Position numbers and translations under genes: made by a program
Source of the DNA: an uncultured candidate division Zixibacteria bacterium
GTDB lineage: Bacteria > Zixibacteria > MSB-5A5 > RBG-16-43-9
Reading direction: 5' to 3'
Length of the DNA stretch: 64,000 nt
NCBI GenBank assembly: GCA_963713865.1
Contig: OY970208.1
Span: 2,432,001-2,496,000 of the forward strand
Notes under the pieces: generated by a model
The model's input: only the letters and a program-made list of their open reading frames with translations
What the model was told of the DNA's origin: nothing
The model's database searches: none
Shown here: positions 1-9,258 of the stretch, piece by piece
Position numbering within the stretch: position 1 is the first letter of the stretch
Layout of the letters: each line of letters opens with the position of its first letter

Positions 1-296
1 TTTCCCTCAACCAGTTCTCCTCGACTCTGTAATTTAATAAGCTCTTCTCGATACGAATTCACTTGATCTATATATTCATAGTTAAATCTTGTGATCTTAA
101 ATTCAATCAAACATAATTCTCTACCATGTGTTAATAACAAATCAAGACGTTGTTCACCTGATTTAAGTTTTAATTGTCGACCGATTACTTTTACATCATA
201 AATTAAATTGAGAATTTTCTTTAAATAAAAAAGATTAGAAATACATGTCTCCTCCACCTCGATTTCTCTAATATTATGGTATTGCTTTAATTTCAA
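1..296 (-). CDS. PD-(D/E)XK nuclease, NucS/restriction-endonuclease-like; partial, runs off the window start; not in ORF track
   Basis: Manual translation from TTG at 296 with AGGAG RBS: MKLKQYHNIREIEVEETCISNLFYLKKILNLIYDVKVIGRQLKLKSGEQRLDLLLTHGRELCLIEFKITRF...; RLDLL...IEFK motif. Confidence 0.6.
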   Translation of the reverse strand, partial: MKLKQYHNIREIEVEETCISNLFYLKKILNLIYDVKVIGRQLKLKSGEQRLDLLLTHGRELCLIEFKITRFNYEYIDQVNSYREELIKLQSRGELVEG

Positions 297-308
297 ATCA
301 GATCTCCT

Positions 309-662
309 TTAAACCTGAACTTCTCCTGTAGAATGATATTCCCTGCCAATTTATTTTGTTATTGCCATAATATCAGCATAGACACTTTGCTGACCACCTT
401 TATTTTTGTCCAGTGGAATATTTAGACAAAAACGACCATCATCTTTTACAAGTTTAAATGCTTTTTCAAGCCATTTTTGAGTAAATTCAAGGTAGATATC
501 GTAGGAAATTTTATCATCGTAAGAGTTATATCTAATATCTACATTGTAAGGAGGTGATGTGACAACTAAATCTATGGAATCTTCTTTAATACAATCTGTT
601 GTTAAAAAATCATCATTAAATATGAAAATGTTGCTTGACTGAAAATATAGTTTTTCGTTCAT
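309..662 (-). pseudogene. Truncated beta-class N4/N6 DNA methyltransferase
   Basis: IDLVVTSPPYN catalytic motif; TAA at 351-353, then in-frame IGREYHST resembling the usual continuation; the SAM-binding C-terminal half is absent. Confidence 0.75.
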
Positions 663-1119
663 TTTTATTTTATTTACCTTTTAATGACATTTGGATAAGT
701 GGTTTTTATTAACTCACTTTTTTATACTTTACTCTATCCCCCTCCAGAAGTCAAGTCTTTTTTGCCCTAAAATTCTTGATAAGCAACCCATTCCTCTTTC
801 TCCCCATTCCTCTCCATCCCCTTTAATTAAACCTCAAATAATCTTACATAAATTTACCTGAAAATGCAACAATATTTTTTAATTTTTAGAAGAATAAAAG
901 AACAGAATCCACCTCAGGCGGATTTTGACCCTACATTTTTTCCTTTACACCTTTTAAGCGGTAGAACAGACATTTCCTATGGTGGCTACGCCAGACGTAG
1001 TCTCCGTTATAGGACTTATCTGTTCGTGCCTGTCAGAGAGCGAAGCCTGTGGCGTAGTCCGTAGCCACGTAGCCACAGGAATGTCTGACCTACCACAAAA
1101 ATCTGGTGTCTATAATATC

Positions 1120-1440
1120 TCAAATCTTTATCTCTACCCCTCTTTTCCTGATCCCATATATTAAAGGAACCCAAGTATCTTTTTTATAAGATTTCAAAGA
1201 AATAGGTACGGTCTCAAATCTTGGGTCTATTTTGCAGGCTATCTGTAAAAGCATTACCCCTTCTTCAAAGCGGTCTTTACCAAAATCCGGAGAGACAACA
1301 GCAACGTCTATGTCGCTATCTTTGTGATATCTCCCGCTTGACCTTGAGCCATACAGGATAATTTTTGTTACCCTTATGCCTCTTTTCTTTAGGGCTTTAT
1401 GTAATTCCCTTAATTTTCCTGCAATCTCTTTTTCAACCAT
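1120..1440 (-). CDS. Minimal nucleotidyltransferase (MNT) antitoxin-like protein
   Basis: LYGSRSSG...DSDIDVAVV motif; overlaps the HEPN gene. Confidence 0.85.
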   Translation of the reverse strand: MVEKEIAGKLRELHKALKKRGIRVTKIILYGSRSSGRYHKDSDIDVAVVSPDFGKDRFEEGVMLLQIACKIDPRFETVPISLKSYKKDTWVPLIYGIRKRGVEIKI

Positions 1441-1811
1441 TTGTAGACCATTTTGACTTCATTTAGATTCTTCTCAGTAAAAGCTTTTGTGCACTTCTTG
1501 TAGAATTTTTTCTGTTCTTCTGGATACCTTGTTTCAAAATAAAACTCCATAAAACGAACAAGTTTCTTCTCAATATTTTCAGGTATCTTGGAAGCTAATT
1601 TACTTGCCAATGAAGGGAGTGAGTGGGTACGAGGTGCATGTTCTTTTGTATCTCTAACTACTAAAGCCTTCAACAATTTCTCTAATGCCAGATGTCCCAT
1701 AAATAAGGCATAAGGATATTTGCCAGTCTTAAACATTGCTTCTGCTACACCCAAATCATACTCCGCTCCTTCTCGCCAGTAAGATACTGTTTTTTCGATC
1801 TCAAATCTCAT
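1410..1811 (-). CDS. HEPN domain protein (HEPN-MNT pair)
   Basis: ALFMGHLALEKLLKA, PRTHSL and ETRYP motifs. Confidence 0.85.
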   Translation of the reverse strand: MRFEIEKTVSYWREGAEYDLGVAEAMFKTGKYPYALFMGHLALEKLLKALVVRDTKEHAPRTHSLPSLASKLASKIPENIEKKLVRFMEFYFETRYPEEQKKFYKKCTKAFTEKNLNEVKMVYKWLKKRLQEN

Positions 1812-2031
1812 AAATTTAACTATTCAAAAGATTTCTTTCTTGATATATATGTAATCGACAAGAATCGCTATTATTATATTCACCCCTTTTTAAAAGTCAA
1901 GGGTATTTTCAGTAATGTCAAGAAAAAAGGACAGGACGATGTTCTTTCCTTACGATTTTTTAAAAAAATCCTTGACTTTATTTTTGGTTTGTTTTATTTA
2001 AGGGAAATTTATTTCCAAGCTACCTGTCGAT

Positions 2032-4257
2032 ATGGGTTTTAGTAAATTCTCCGGAATTTTTGGAAAGCTGATCCGCCTCAGGCGGACCGCTGCGAGTATA
2101 CTCTTAATATTGATTATCTTTTCCCCTATTAAATCTTTAGTTGGTGCGGGAATTGGATTTCCCGCACCTGATAACATTCGGAAATTCCAATTCCCGAATG
2201 AACCGGATTCTGTACCGGCTTTTTTGTCCGCCATCTCCGACCAGGACGGGAAAGTCCCTGTTTACTGGTTCAAACCCGGAGCAGATCCACAGGAACAAAT
2301 TTTGGATGACGGGACCAAAGCGCTTCAGTTTTATCTTTCAGATCAGTGGTATGAAAACTGTGCCGCAGAAAAATTTATCTCTCCTTCTTTACCCTTTCTC
2401 CTGTTGAAATCAAAGATATTCATCAGTTATCAGGGCAAACCTGGAGATACTTTATATGACCCCACAGATTCATTTTTCATAACTATAAACAAAAATAACA
2501 AGGGAAAACCAGGGTCTGCACTTTCAGAACCAGTTTATGCAAAAGCAGTAGGTAACGATACATCCGTAGGTGAATGGGTGCAAATAGCGCATAATCTTTT
2601 GATTACCGAAGAGGATACCTTCTGGGTAGTTTTCCGCTGGCTAAAAGATACGCCAACCTCCCCTTTAATCGGATCAGACAATTCCACAAATCTTTGTAGG
2701 TCTTATAAGGGCTGGAAAAAAGATGGGTACTGGCAGTGGAACGAGTGGAATTACAATCTGATGATAAGATGTTTAACCTTGACCAACGATACACCGTCTT
2801 CTCTTATACCAGAAGGATATAATTTATATAGAGCAGACACCTCGAACTTTCAGACCTCTTCTGATATTTTTCCGAAACATTTCCCGGCTGACAGTTTTTA
2901 TTATCTGGATACAGATGTAATTAATGGAAAAAGCTATTACTATAAACTAACCGCACTTTATTCCGGGCAGGAATCAAATAGCTCAAACCAAACTCAAGCC
3001 ACACCTCAAACACCAGCTTCACTCCAGGTAGATCTCGATTCGCTGGAGATTTCTTTGCTCTCAGGAGAAAAGAAAGAAGAGTATCTTCATTTGACTAATA
3101 CCGGTGGTATTCCTCTGGACTTCCAGATAAAACTTGAGCTTTCTCTGGATGATTCAACCAATGGAGCTGATCTTTACGGCTATACCTGGACTGATAATTT
3201 TACCCAAAAAAGTTTAAGATATGAATGGGTAGATACAACTAATCGAGGAACCCAGATTAATAATTCAAGTGATCATGATAAAGTATATGGACCAATTATT
3301 TTGAACTTTCCTTTCCCCTTTTATGGAAATCTCTATGATACTCTCTGGATTTCGACCACTGGTGTTTTGAGTTTTTATCCCTGGGATCTAAGATTTCCCA
3401 ATTACCCTTTACCTTATGATCAGGGATATTTCAGGTTAATATCACCTTTCTGGAGCAATTTGGTTTTAACCGATTCAAGTAGAATTTACTTTTTCCAATC
3501 TTCTGACTCAATCGTTGTTTCCTTCATAGATATAAAACACTTTAAATCCGAAGGTTTATACACCTTTCAGGTCATCCTGACTGAAGAAGGCTCAATCGAT
3601 TTTCAATATAAAATATCAAGCCAGCTCTATGATTCAGCCACAGTCGGGATACAAAATGAAGATGGAACCCTGGCTTTATTAATATCTTACAACCAGGATT
3701 ATCCGGAAGATAGTTTGAGGGTCAGGATAGAGCCTCCTTATCTATCCTTTTCTCCAGTCAAGGGGAAAATTAATCCTGCAGAAACTCAACCTCTAAAACT
3801 CCTCTTCGATAGTCACTTTTTATCTTCCGGTTTATATGAAGGAGTTTTAAAATTTTATGCACAGGACAAAAATCACGCTCTAAATCCATTATCCATACCA
3901 GTAACTCTGAAAATCGATACCACCACTTCAGTTCCGCAGGAAATCGAACAAACCCCCTATATTTTCGAGCTTAACCAGAATTACCCAAACCCGTTTAACC
4001 CCACCACCACCATTCCGTTCCGAGCAGGTAGCAAGAAGCTTGTAGCTCGTAGCCCCATCCATACAACCCTGATTATCTATAATATTTTGGGACAGAAGGT
4101 GAAAACTCTGATGGATGAGGATAAATTACCGGGGAATTATCAGGTTATCTGGGATGGGAAAGATCAAAGAGGAAATGAGGTTTCATCCGGGATATATTTC
4201 TATCAGTTAAAAGCCGGAAATTATAAAGAAACGAAAAAGATGAGTTTGTTAAGATAG
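2032..4257 (+). CDS. Secreted protein with FN3-like domain and C-terminal FlgD-Ig/T9SS-type sorting domain
   Basis: Hydrophobic N-terminus; YNLYR...YYYKLTA FN3 motif; LNQNYPNPFNPTTTI...WDGKDQRGNEVSSGIYFYQL tail. Confidence 0.75.
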   Translation: MGFSKFSGIFGKLIRLRRTAASILLILIIFSPIKSLVGAGIGFPAPDNIRKFQFPNEPDSVPAFLSAISDQDGKVPVYWFKPGADPQEQILDDGTKALQFYLSDQWYENCAAEKFISPSLPFLLLKSKIFISYQGKPGDTLYDPTDSFFITINKNNKGKPGSALSEPVYAKAVGNDTSVGEWVQIAHNLLITEEDTFWVVFRWLKDTPTSPLIGSDNSTNLCRSYKGWKKDGYWQWNEWNYNLMIRCLTLTNDTPSSLIPEGYNLYRADTSNFQTSSDIFPKHFPADSFYYLDTDVINGKSYYYKLTALYSGQESNSSNQTQATPQTPASLQVDLDSLEISLLSGEKKEEYLHLTNTGGIPLDFQIKLELSLDDSTNGADLYGYTWTDNFTQKSLRYEWVDTTNRGTQINNSSDHDKVYGPIILNFPFPFYGNLYDTLWISTTGVLSFYPWDLRFPNYPLPYDQGYFRLISPFWSNLVLTDSSRIYFFQSSDSIVVSFIDIKHFKSEGLYTFQVILTEEGSIDFQYKISSQLYDSATVGIQNEDGTLALLISYNQDYPEDSLRVRIEPPYLSFSPVKGKINPAETQPLKLLFDSHFLSSGLYEGVLKFYAQDKNHALNPLSIPVTLKIDTTTSVPQEIEQTPYIFELNQNYPNPFNPTTTIPFRAGSKKLVARSPIHTTLIIYNILGQKVKTLMDEDKLPGNYQVIWDGKDQRGNEVSSGIYFYQLKAGNYKETKKMSLLR

Positions 4258-4530
4258 ATTATGGAGTGCATCAGTTTACTGACGCATCTTCGAGCAAATA
4301 AAACTCACCCTTGCTCTTTCCTTAGAAAAGAAAGGGAATTAGTTGTAGGGACAGAATCCGCCTCAGGCGGATTCTGTCCAATACTTCCTCTGCTGACCGT
4401 GGGTGGCACCCTCAAACTTGTTTGGGGGTGACTTATAAAATCTTAAGTTTATTAACTCCATAATTACCTTAAATGAAGCGAACCTGAAAGGTTCGCACTT
4501 GTATATTGAATATTATGTTTATATTTTACA

Positions 4531-4713
4531 GGTGAATAAGGGATATACCCTTCACCCAATGGTGGAAGGGAACCTTGCCGACAGATCGTGTCGCACTTGG
4601 GCTAAAAGCTCGTTCGTAGCTTGGTCGTCGGCAAGGTCCCTTGTGCCTCTGCAAGCTCGAACAGTCGAATGGTTAAAAAGACCGCATAGCAAGTATGGGC
4701 TACCAGAGGCAAG
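4531..4713 (+). ncRNA. Predicted IS110 bridge RNA (5' hairpin, target-binding loop, donor-binding loop)
   Basis: Stem 4566-4582/4627-4642 encloses GTCGCACT (4590-4597) and GTTCGTAG (4612-4619); stem TGCCTCTG/CAGAGGCA encloses ACAGTCG (4661-4667) and CAAG (4690-4693); exact ends unknown. Confidence 0.8.
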
Positions 4714-4744
4714 TTAATTAAATTATACTAAAGGAGGAGTAGTT

Positions 4745-5670
4745 ATGCAACAGATAGTTTGCGGGATTGACGTTAGTTCAGAGGAGCTTGAAGCTTGCAT
4801 TCTTTTGGCAGATGATACTGCTAATCCACACCGCCGGACCTTCAGCAACACCAGGAAAGGTATTAAGAAGTTCATATCTTGGTTAAGGGGTAACAAAGTA
4901 GAGTTGGTAGTTATGGAGGCATCAGGAGGGTATGAGCGGGTTTGTAGGAGGATGTTAAGAGAGTTAGGGATTCAGGCTCATGTAGTTAATCCTGCACGGG
5001 TAAGGCATTTTGCCAGGGGGATAGGAAAACTGGCGAAGACGGACAAGATTGATGCCCGGGTTATAGCCAGATTTGGACAGGTGGTGAAGTTAGAGGAGTT
5101 AGGGGAGATAAGTGAGATGGAGTTGGAGATTCAGGAGCTTATCAAAAGGCGGCAGGAGTTGCAGGAAATGGTAGTGGCAGAGAAAAACAGGCTTCGTATA
5201 GCAGAGAGGGAAAAGGCAAAAAGCCTTAAAAGGATAATCAAGGTATTGGAGAAGGAGCTTGAGCTGATGGATGAGAGGATAAAGGAATTAGCTCAAAAAG
5301 ATGATCAGATTATGCGGAAGGTTGGATTTTTAAGAAGGGAAAAAGGGATGGGATTTATCACCGCTATAAGTTTACTTTCTTGTTTACCTGAGTTGGGGAG
5401 AGTAGATAGGAAAAAGATATCTGCGTTGGCGGGGGTGTCACCTTTCAACCGAGAGAGTGGCAAGTGGAAAGGTAAAAGCTTCATAAGTGGAGGACGTGGA
5501 CTCATAAGAAGATCCTGTATATGCCTGTCTTGGTAGCAATAAGATTTAACCAGAAGCTAAAAGAGTTTTATCAGAGGTTATTAGCTTCAGGAAAGGCAAA
5601 AAAAGTAGCCGTGGTTGCGGTGATGCGCAAATTACTAATTATCTGTAATGCCATTTTAAAAAATGCTTGA
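4745..5670 (+). pseudogene. IS110 DEDD recombinase/transposase, frameshifted near 5507-5512
   Basis: GIDVS, VMEASGGY, KTDKIDA and RESGK motifs; the C-terminus ILYMPVLVAIRFN...AVMRKLLIICNAILKNA continues in the -1 frame to TGA at 5670. Confidence 0.9.
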
Positions 5671-5748
5671 TTTTCAAGACAGTCGCTACGAGAAAAACAT
5701 AAAATAAACAAAAAAATGGAGGTCTGAAGACCTCCGCTACACAAAAAT

Positions 5749-5777
5749 GCAGGGGCGGGTTTTAAACCCGCCCCTGC
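5749..5777. repeat. REP-like palindrome (GGGGCGGGTTT-AAACCCGCCCC family), possible terminator
   Basis: Near-identical copies at 21091-21119 and 23143-23171. Confidence 0.8.
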
Positions 5778-5850
5778 AAAAACAATAAAAATATAAACTC
5801 ACTCACCTGCTTATAAATTTCCTCCAGTAACTTCTTCAAGACTTACTTAG

Positions 5851-8022
5851 CTAACCGGTCTTATCAGCCAGAAATTTGATTCGATCATATCGTTCCCGGA
5901 GCTTGTCCATCTCTTCTGAGGAATCAGAATCCTTTCTTTTCTTCAAAACTCTGACCGCCTCTAATTTAATCTCCTCGTCTATCTTTTTGCCTGAAATCCC
6001 TTTATCAAATATCCTGGGTTGATTAATAACTTCAACCAAAAATTTGTAACCCTTTTCTCCCCCGACATTATTGATAGTGTGTAAAATCAGAAGAGCATTG
6101 TCTTCGTCTTTATAGAAAAGCTCTTTTAACTTATCAACGGAGTTCTCCGAACCGCAAGAGCCCAGAGCCATCAGGGCTAATTTCCTGATCTCCTTATCCT
6201 CTTCCTTTGCCAATGCCAGGATAAGCTCCTCGCTTTTTTTACCACCGGTTTTCTCTAAAGTCTGCAGGACCGCTTTTTTTACCTTAAGGTCTTTATCGCC
6301 CATCAATTTTTCCAGTCCGGATAAGGATTTTTCGCTCTTGATGTCGGATAATATATGGAGAATATTCCTTATTTTAAACCAGCTATCTAAAGTCAAATTC
6401 CCGGATGAGTCTCGCTGGAAACTGGAATCATCCTGAATTATTCTGGAGAAATAGTCAGCCCCGGCTTCCCCTGAACCACTCCCGGCAATCTTTAAAACCA
6501 CCTGCCTTATGGTTCTATCCGGATCGGTTAGAAGAGGTTCTAAAGCCTGGGCAATTTTTTCTCCCCCGATTAAAATCAGTGCCTCCCCAACTTTCTCCCA
6601 CACCTCCTTTTTTTTACTTTTTATCTCCCCCACCAGCTGCTGGATGATCTGGTCCCGGGCAAAACTCTGAATAATCTTAATATACCGTTCCTCTTTTTCC
6701 GGCGAATACTCCCTTTCCGGATCTGACCTGAGTTCCTGGATGATCTGGTTGAATTGCCCGTATTCGCGGGATATTATCGACTGCCTGGCACAGTTTTCCA
6801 AAAGCTGAAAGTACTGAAGATCGATCCGGTTTTTATGGGAAAGCATCTCCTGGACAAAATACCTGAAAAGCTCTTTGGAATATTTCAGGAAGAAAGAAGA
6901 GAAAGTTTTAAGCCAGAAGAAAGAGGTTTGACGTAAATTTTCCTTTTCTGAAAAAAGATTCTGCCAGAGAGCATCGATCGTCTTCTTCAACCTCTCCGCC
7001 TGATTTAAATTGATAAGCTTGATCAAAAGATTCTTCAGGCTCTCCTTCTCTTCCGCCTTTGCTTCTCCGGAGATGAGTTTATCTAAAACCAGCTCAGAGT
7101 CCCTTAAGGTCTTGATCTTGAGCAAAGTGCTTTCATCTAAAGCTTTTTCAAAAAAGTTCTCCGGAGCACCCTGGCGCACAAAAACATCCTTCAACTCGCT
7201 AAAAAGGTAATCCCTTTCCGGATGATGGATAAAAGCTTTGACTAAATTCTTCACCCCGTCTAAATATTCCCCATTTTGAGACATCTCCTCCCAGTCTTTT
7301 CCGGCGAACTCATTTTTTAAAAGCTCCTTCACTTTTTCTCGGGGTAATTTCGAGAACTCCTCCAGCAGAATAGCTTGAAAAACATTGAGCCTGAAATCAA
7401 ACTTTAGTTTCCCCTCTAAATCTATATCTTTCTTTATCTTTCTTAACAATATGTCTAACATCAGCTGTGGGGCTTGTTGTAGCGAAATTCTGGCAAAAGT
7501 CTTAACTTCAAAATCATCACATTTTTCCACTAAAGAGATGCTTTCTTCTAAGAAAGTATCCCCGGGCTCTGATTTTTTCACCCGGATAGAATTGATTCTC
7601 TTATCTTCCAGGAACCTCTGCAGATTCAGATTCTTAGGCAAGGGCAAGAGTTTCTCGCTCAACCTTCTTAAAAAAATGTTCAGCTCATCCGAAGCCACCT
7701 GGCCATAGATATAAACACTGCCTAACTCGAATTTGAAAAGCTCGATTTTCAACCCGCGTATGAAAACCTCCTCCTTCAGAGGAATACCCATAGCGTAAAA
7801 TTTATCCTGATAAAGGTGGAAATCGAAGTAGCTCCTCAGGCGGAAAAGCTTCTTCATCCAGTTAAAAGGTTTTTTGGATAACTCCTTCTCTGCTGGATGC
7901 TCCTGGGTATATAGTGCCAGGCAGCGTGAGGATAAGAAAAGCTCCCTTAAGATCTCTTTCCCCAATTCCCTCAGGTCTAACTCCAGGTCTTCCCTTTTAA
8001 GTAATGAAAAATCAAATACCAT
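5851..8022 (-). CDS. HEAT-repeat protein
   Basis: C-terminal HEAT/PBS-like repeats (DPDRTIRQ, DKDLKVKKAV, EIRKLALMALG); N-terminal LYTQEHP motif shared with its paralogue at 12066. Confidence 0.7.
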   Translation of the reverse strand: MVFDFSLLKREDLELDLRELGKEILRELFLSSRCLALYTQEHPAEKELSKKPFNWMKKLFRLRSYFDFHLYQDKFYAMGIPLKEEVFIRGLKIELFKFELGSVYIYGQVASDELNIFLRRLSEKLLPLPKNLNLQRFLEDKRINSIRVKKSEPGDTFLEESISLVEKCDDFEVKTFARISLQQAPQLMLDILLRKIKKDIDLEGKLKFDFRLNVFQAILLEEFSKLPREKVKELLKNEFAGKDWEEMSQNGEYLDGVKNLVKAFIHHPERDYLFSELKDVFVRQGAPENFFEKALDESTLLKIKTLRDSELVLDKLISGEAKAEEKESLKNLLIKLINLNQAERLKKTIDALWQNLFSEKENLRQTSFFWLKTFSSFFLKYSKELFRYFVQEMLSHKNRIDLQYFQLLENCARQSIISREYGQFNQIIQELRSDPEREYSPEKEERYIKIIQSFARDQIIQQLVGEIKSKKKEVWEKVGEALILIGGEKIAQALEPLLTDPDRTIRQVVLKIAGSGSGEAGADYFSRIIQDDSSFQRDSSGNLTLDSWFKIRNILHILSDIKSEKSLSGLEKLMGDKDLKVKKAVLQTLEKTGGKKSEELILALAKEEDKEIRKLALMALGSCGSENSVDKLKELFYKDEDNALLILHTINNVGGEKGYKFLVEVINQPRIFDKGISGKKIDEEIKLEAVRVLKKRKDSDSSEEMDKLRERYDRIKFLADKTG

Positions 8023-8082
8023 CTTTTCTATTCCTTGCGACGATCTTATCGTAGAGACGTATAGCTTGCGTCTCTGTGCAAC

Positions 8083-9243
8083 TTATTCAAAACAGTAGAG
8101 ATAGCCGTCCATAGAGGGGATCAGTATCTTTCCTTTAGAAAAAGAGGGCGAGGCATAGATCATCCCTCCGGTCTTATATTTAAAAACCATCTCACCAGTT
8201 GAGCTGTTCACTCCGTAAAAATTACCATCCAGAGAGCCAAAGAAAATTTTATCACCGATTATCAAAGGCGAAGAGTGGATTGGACCATCAGTCACAAAGC
8301 TCCAGACCAGTTCTCCGCTTTTTGAGGACAGGGCATAAAGATGACCATCATTCGAGCCAAAATAAATCCTCTCTTTATCCAGGGACGCTGAAGAATGAAT
8401 ACTCCCTCTGGTTTTGAATTTCCAGAGAAGCTCCCCGTTAGATCTATCTAAGGCATAAAAGTAACCGTCCGCAGAACCTAAGTAGAGAGCCTTTTCCTCG
8501 ATACTGGGTGAGGCAAAAATTGCCCCTTCAGTCTCATAACTCCAGATTTTCTTCCCTGAATCAATTTCCAGAGAATAGACTTTGCCATCTCCTGATCCAA
8601 AGTATAAAGCTTCCCCTGAAAAAGTTGCGGCAGAATAGGTAAAATCACCAGCCCGATATTTCCAGAATTCCTCTCCATTAATTTTATTCAACGATAGAAA
8701 TTCCCCCCCCTCTGTGGCTACGAAAAGCCCTCCTTTTATTATCATCGGTGAGGAGCTTATATCTCTTAATCTTTTCTTCCAGACCAGAACACCACTTTTT
8801 AAGCTCAGGGCAAAAAGATTTGAATTCTCCTTCCCCCCGTTAAAATAGAGGATACTTTCATCTGCACAGGGGGTAATAGATAGTGGAAAATCCAGGGAAT
8901 AAGAGCCTGACTTTTCACCGGTGTTAAAATCTAAAAAGACTAACCTCTGCTCTAAAGTCCCGATGATTATCATCTCCTCTAAGATCAAAGGAGTTGAGTA
9001 GCTTGGTCCGACCTTCTTCTTCCAGAGAAGTTTTAATGGCAGATTTATATTAGAATTTTGAATTGCTTGGTTAATCCGGTCATATCTGAAGCTTCTCCAA
9101 TCTGAATCTTTTTCCTTGAAATCCACTCGTGGGAATTTTAAACTTGAGGCACAACCCCAAAAAAGGAAAATAAAAATGACGAATACTCTTTTAATAACTT
9201 TCATTCCGAAAAGGGATTTACCTAACCAGAGATTAAACCCCAT
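8083..9243 (-). CDS. PQQ-like beta-propeller lipoprotein (BamB-like)
   Basis: Lipobox-like FWGC; repeated GSxDGxxYALD...G...W blades; true start may be MKVIKR. Confidence 0.8.
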   Translation of the reverse strand: MGFNLWLGKSLFGMKVIKRVFVIFIFLFWGCASSLKFPRVDFKEKDSDWRSFRYDRINQAIQNSNINLPLKLLWKKKVGPSYSTPLILEEMIIIGTLEQRLVFLDFNTGEKSGSYSLDFPLSITPCADESILYFNGGKENSNLFALSLKSGVLVWKKRLRDISSSPMIIKGGLFVATEGGEFLSLNKINGEEFWKYRAGDFTYSAATFSGEALYFGSGDGKVYSLEIDSGKKIWSYETEGAIFASPSIEEKALYLGSADGYFYALDRSNGELLWKFKTRGSIHSSASLDKERIYFGSNDGHLYALSSKSGELVWSFVTDGPIHSSPLIIGDKIFFGSLDGNFYGVNSSTGEMVFKYKTGGMIYASPSFSKGKILIPSMDGYLYCFE

Positions 9244-9258
9244 TCTTTCTGCCTTTAT

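Larger units (their letters stand above)
4498..5687 (+). mobile_element. IS110-family insertion sequence (IS621-like), CT core at both ends, inserted in a REP palindrome
   Basis: CT at 4498-4499 and 5686-5687; removing the element rebuilds agcgaacctgaaaggttcgcaCTacga, matching the REP at 36184-36211 (reverse strand); no terminal inverted repeats. Confidence 0.9.

Noticed and set aside
864-1164. Short plus-strand ORFs here and similar ones at 4499, 15697, 25575, 25831, 47620, 52109 and 63328
   Set aside because: They are translations of repeats or of the IS non-coding end, without recognisable motifs.
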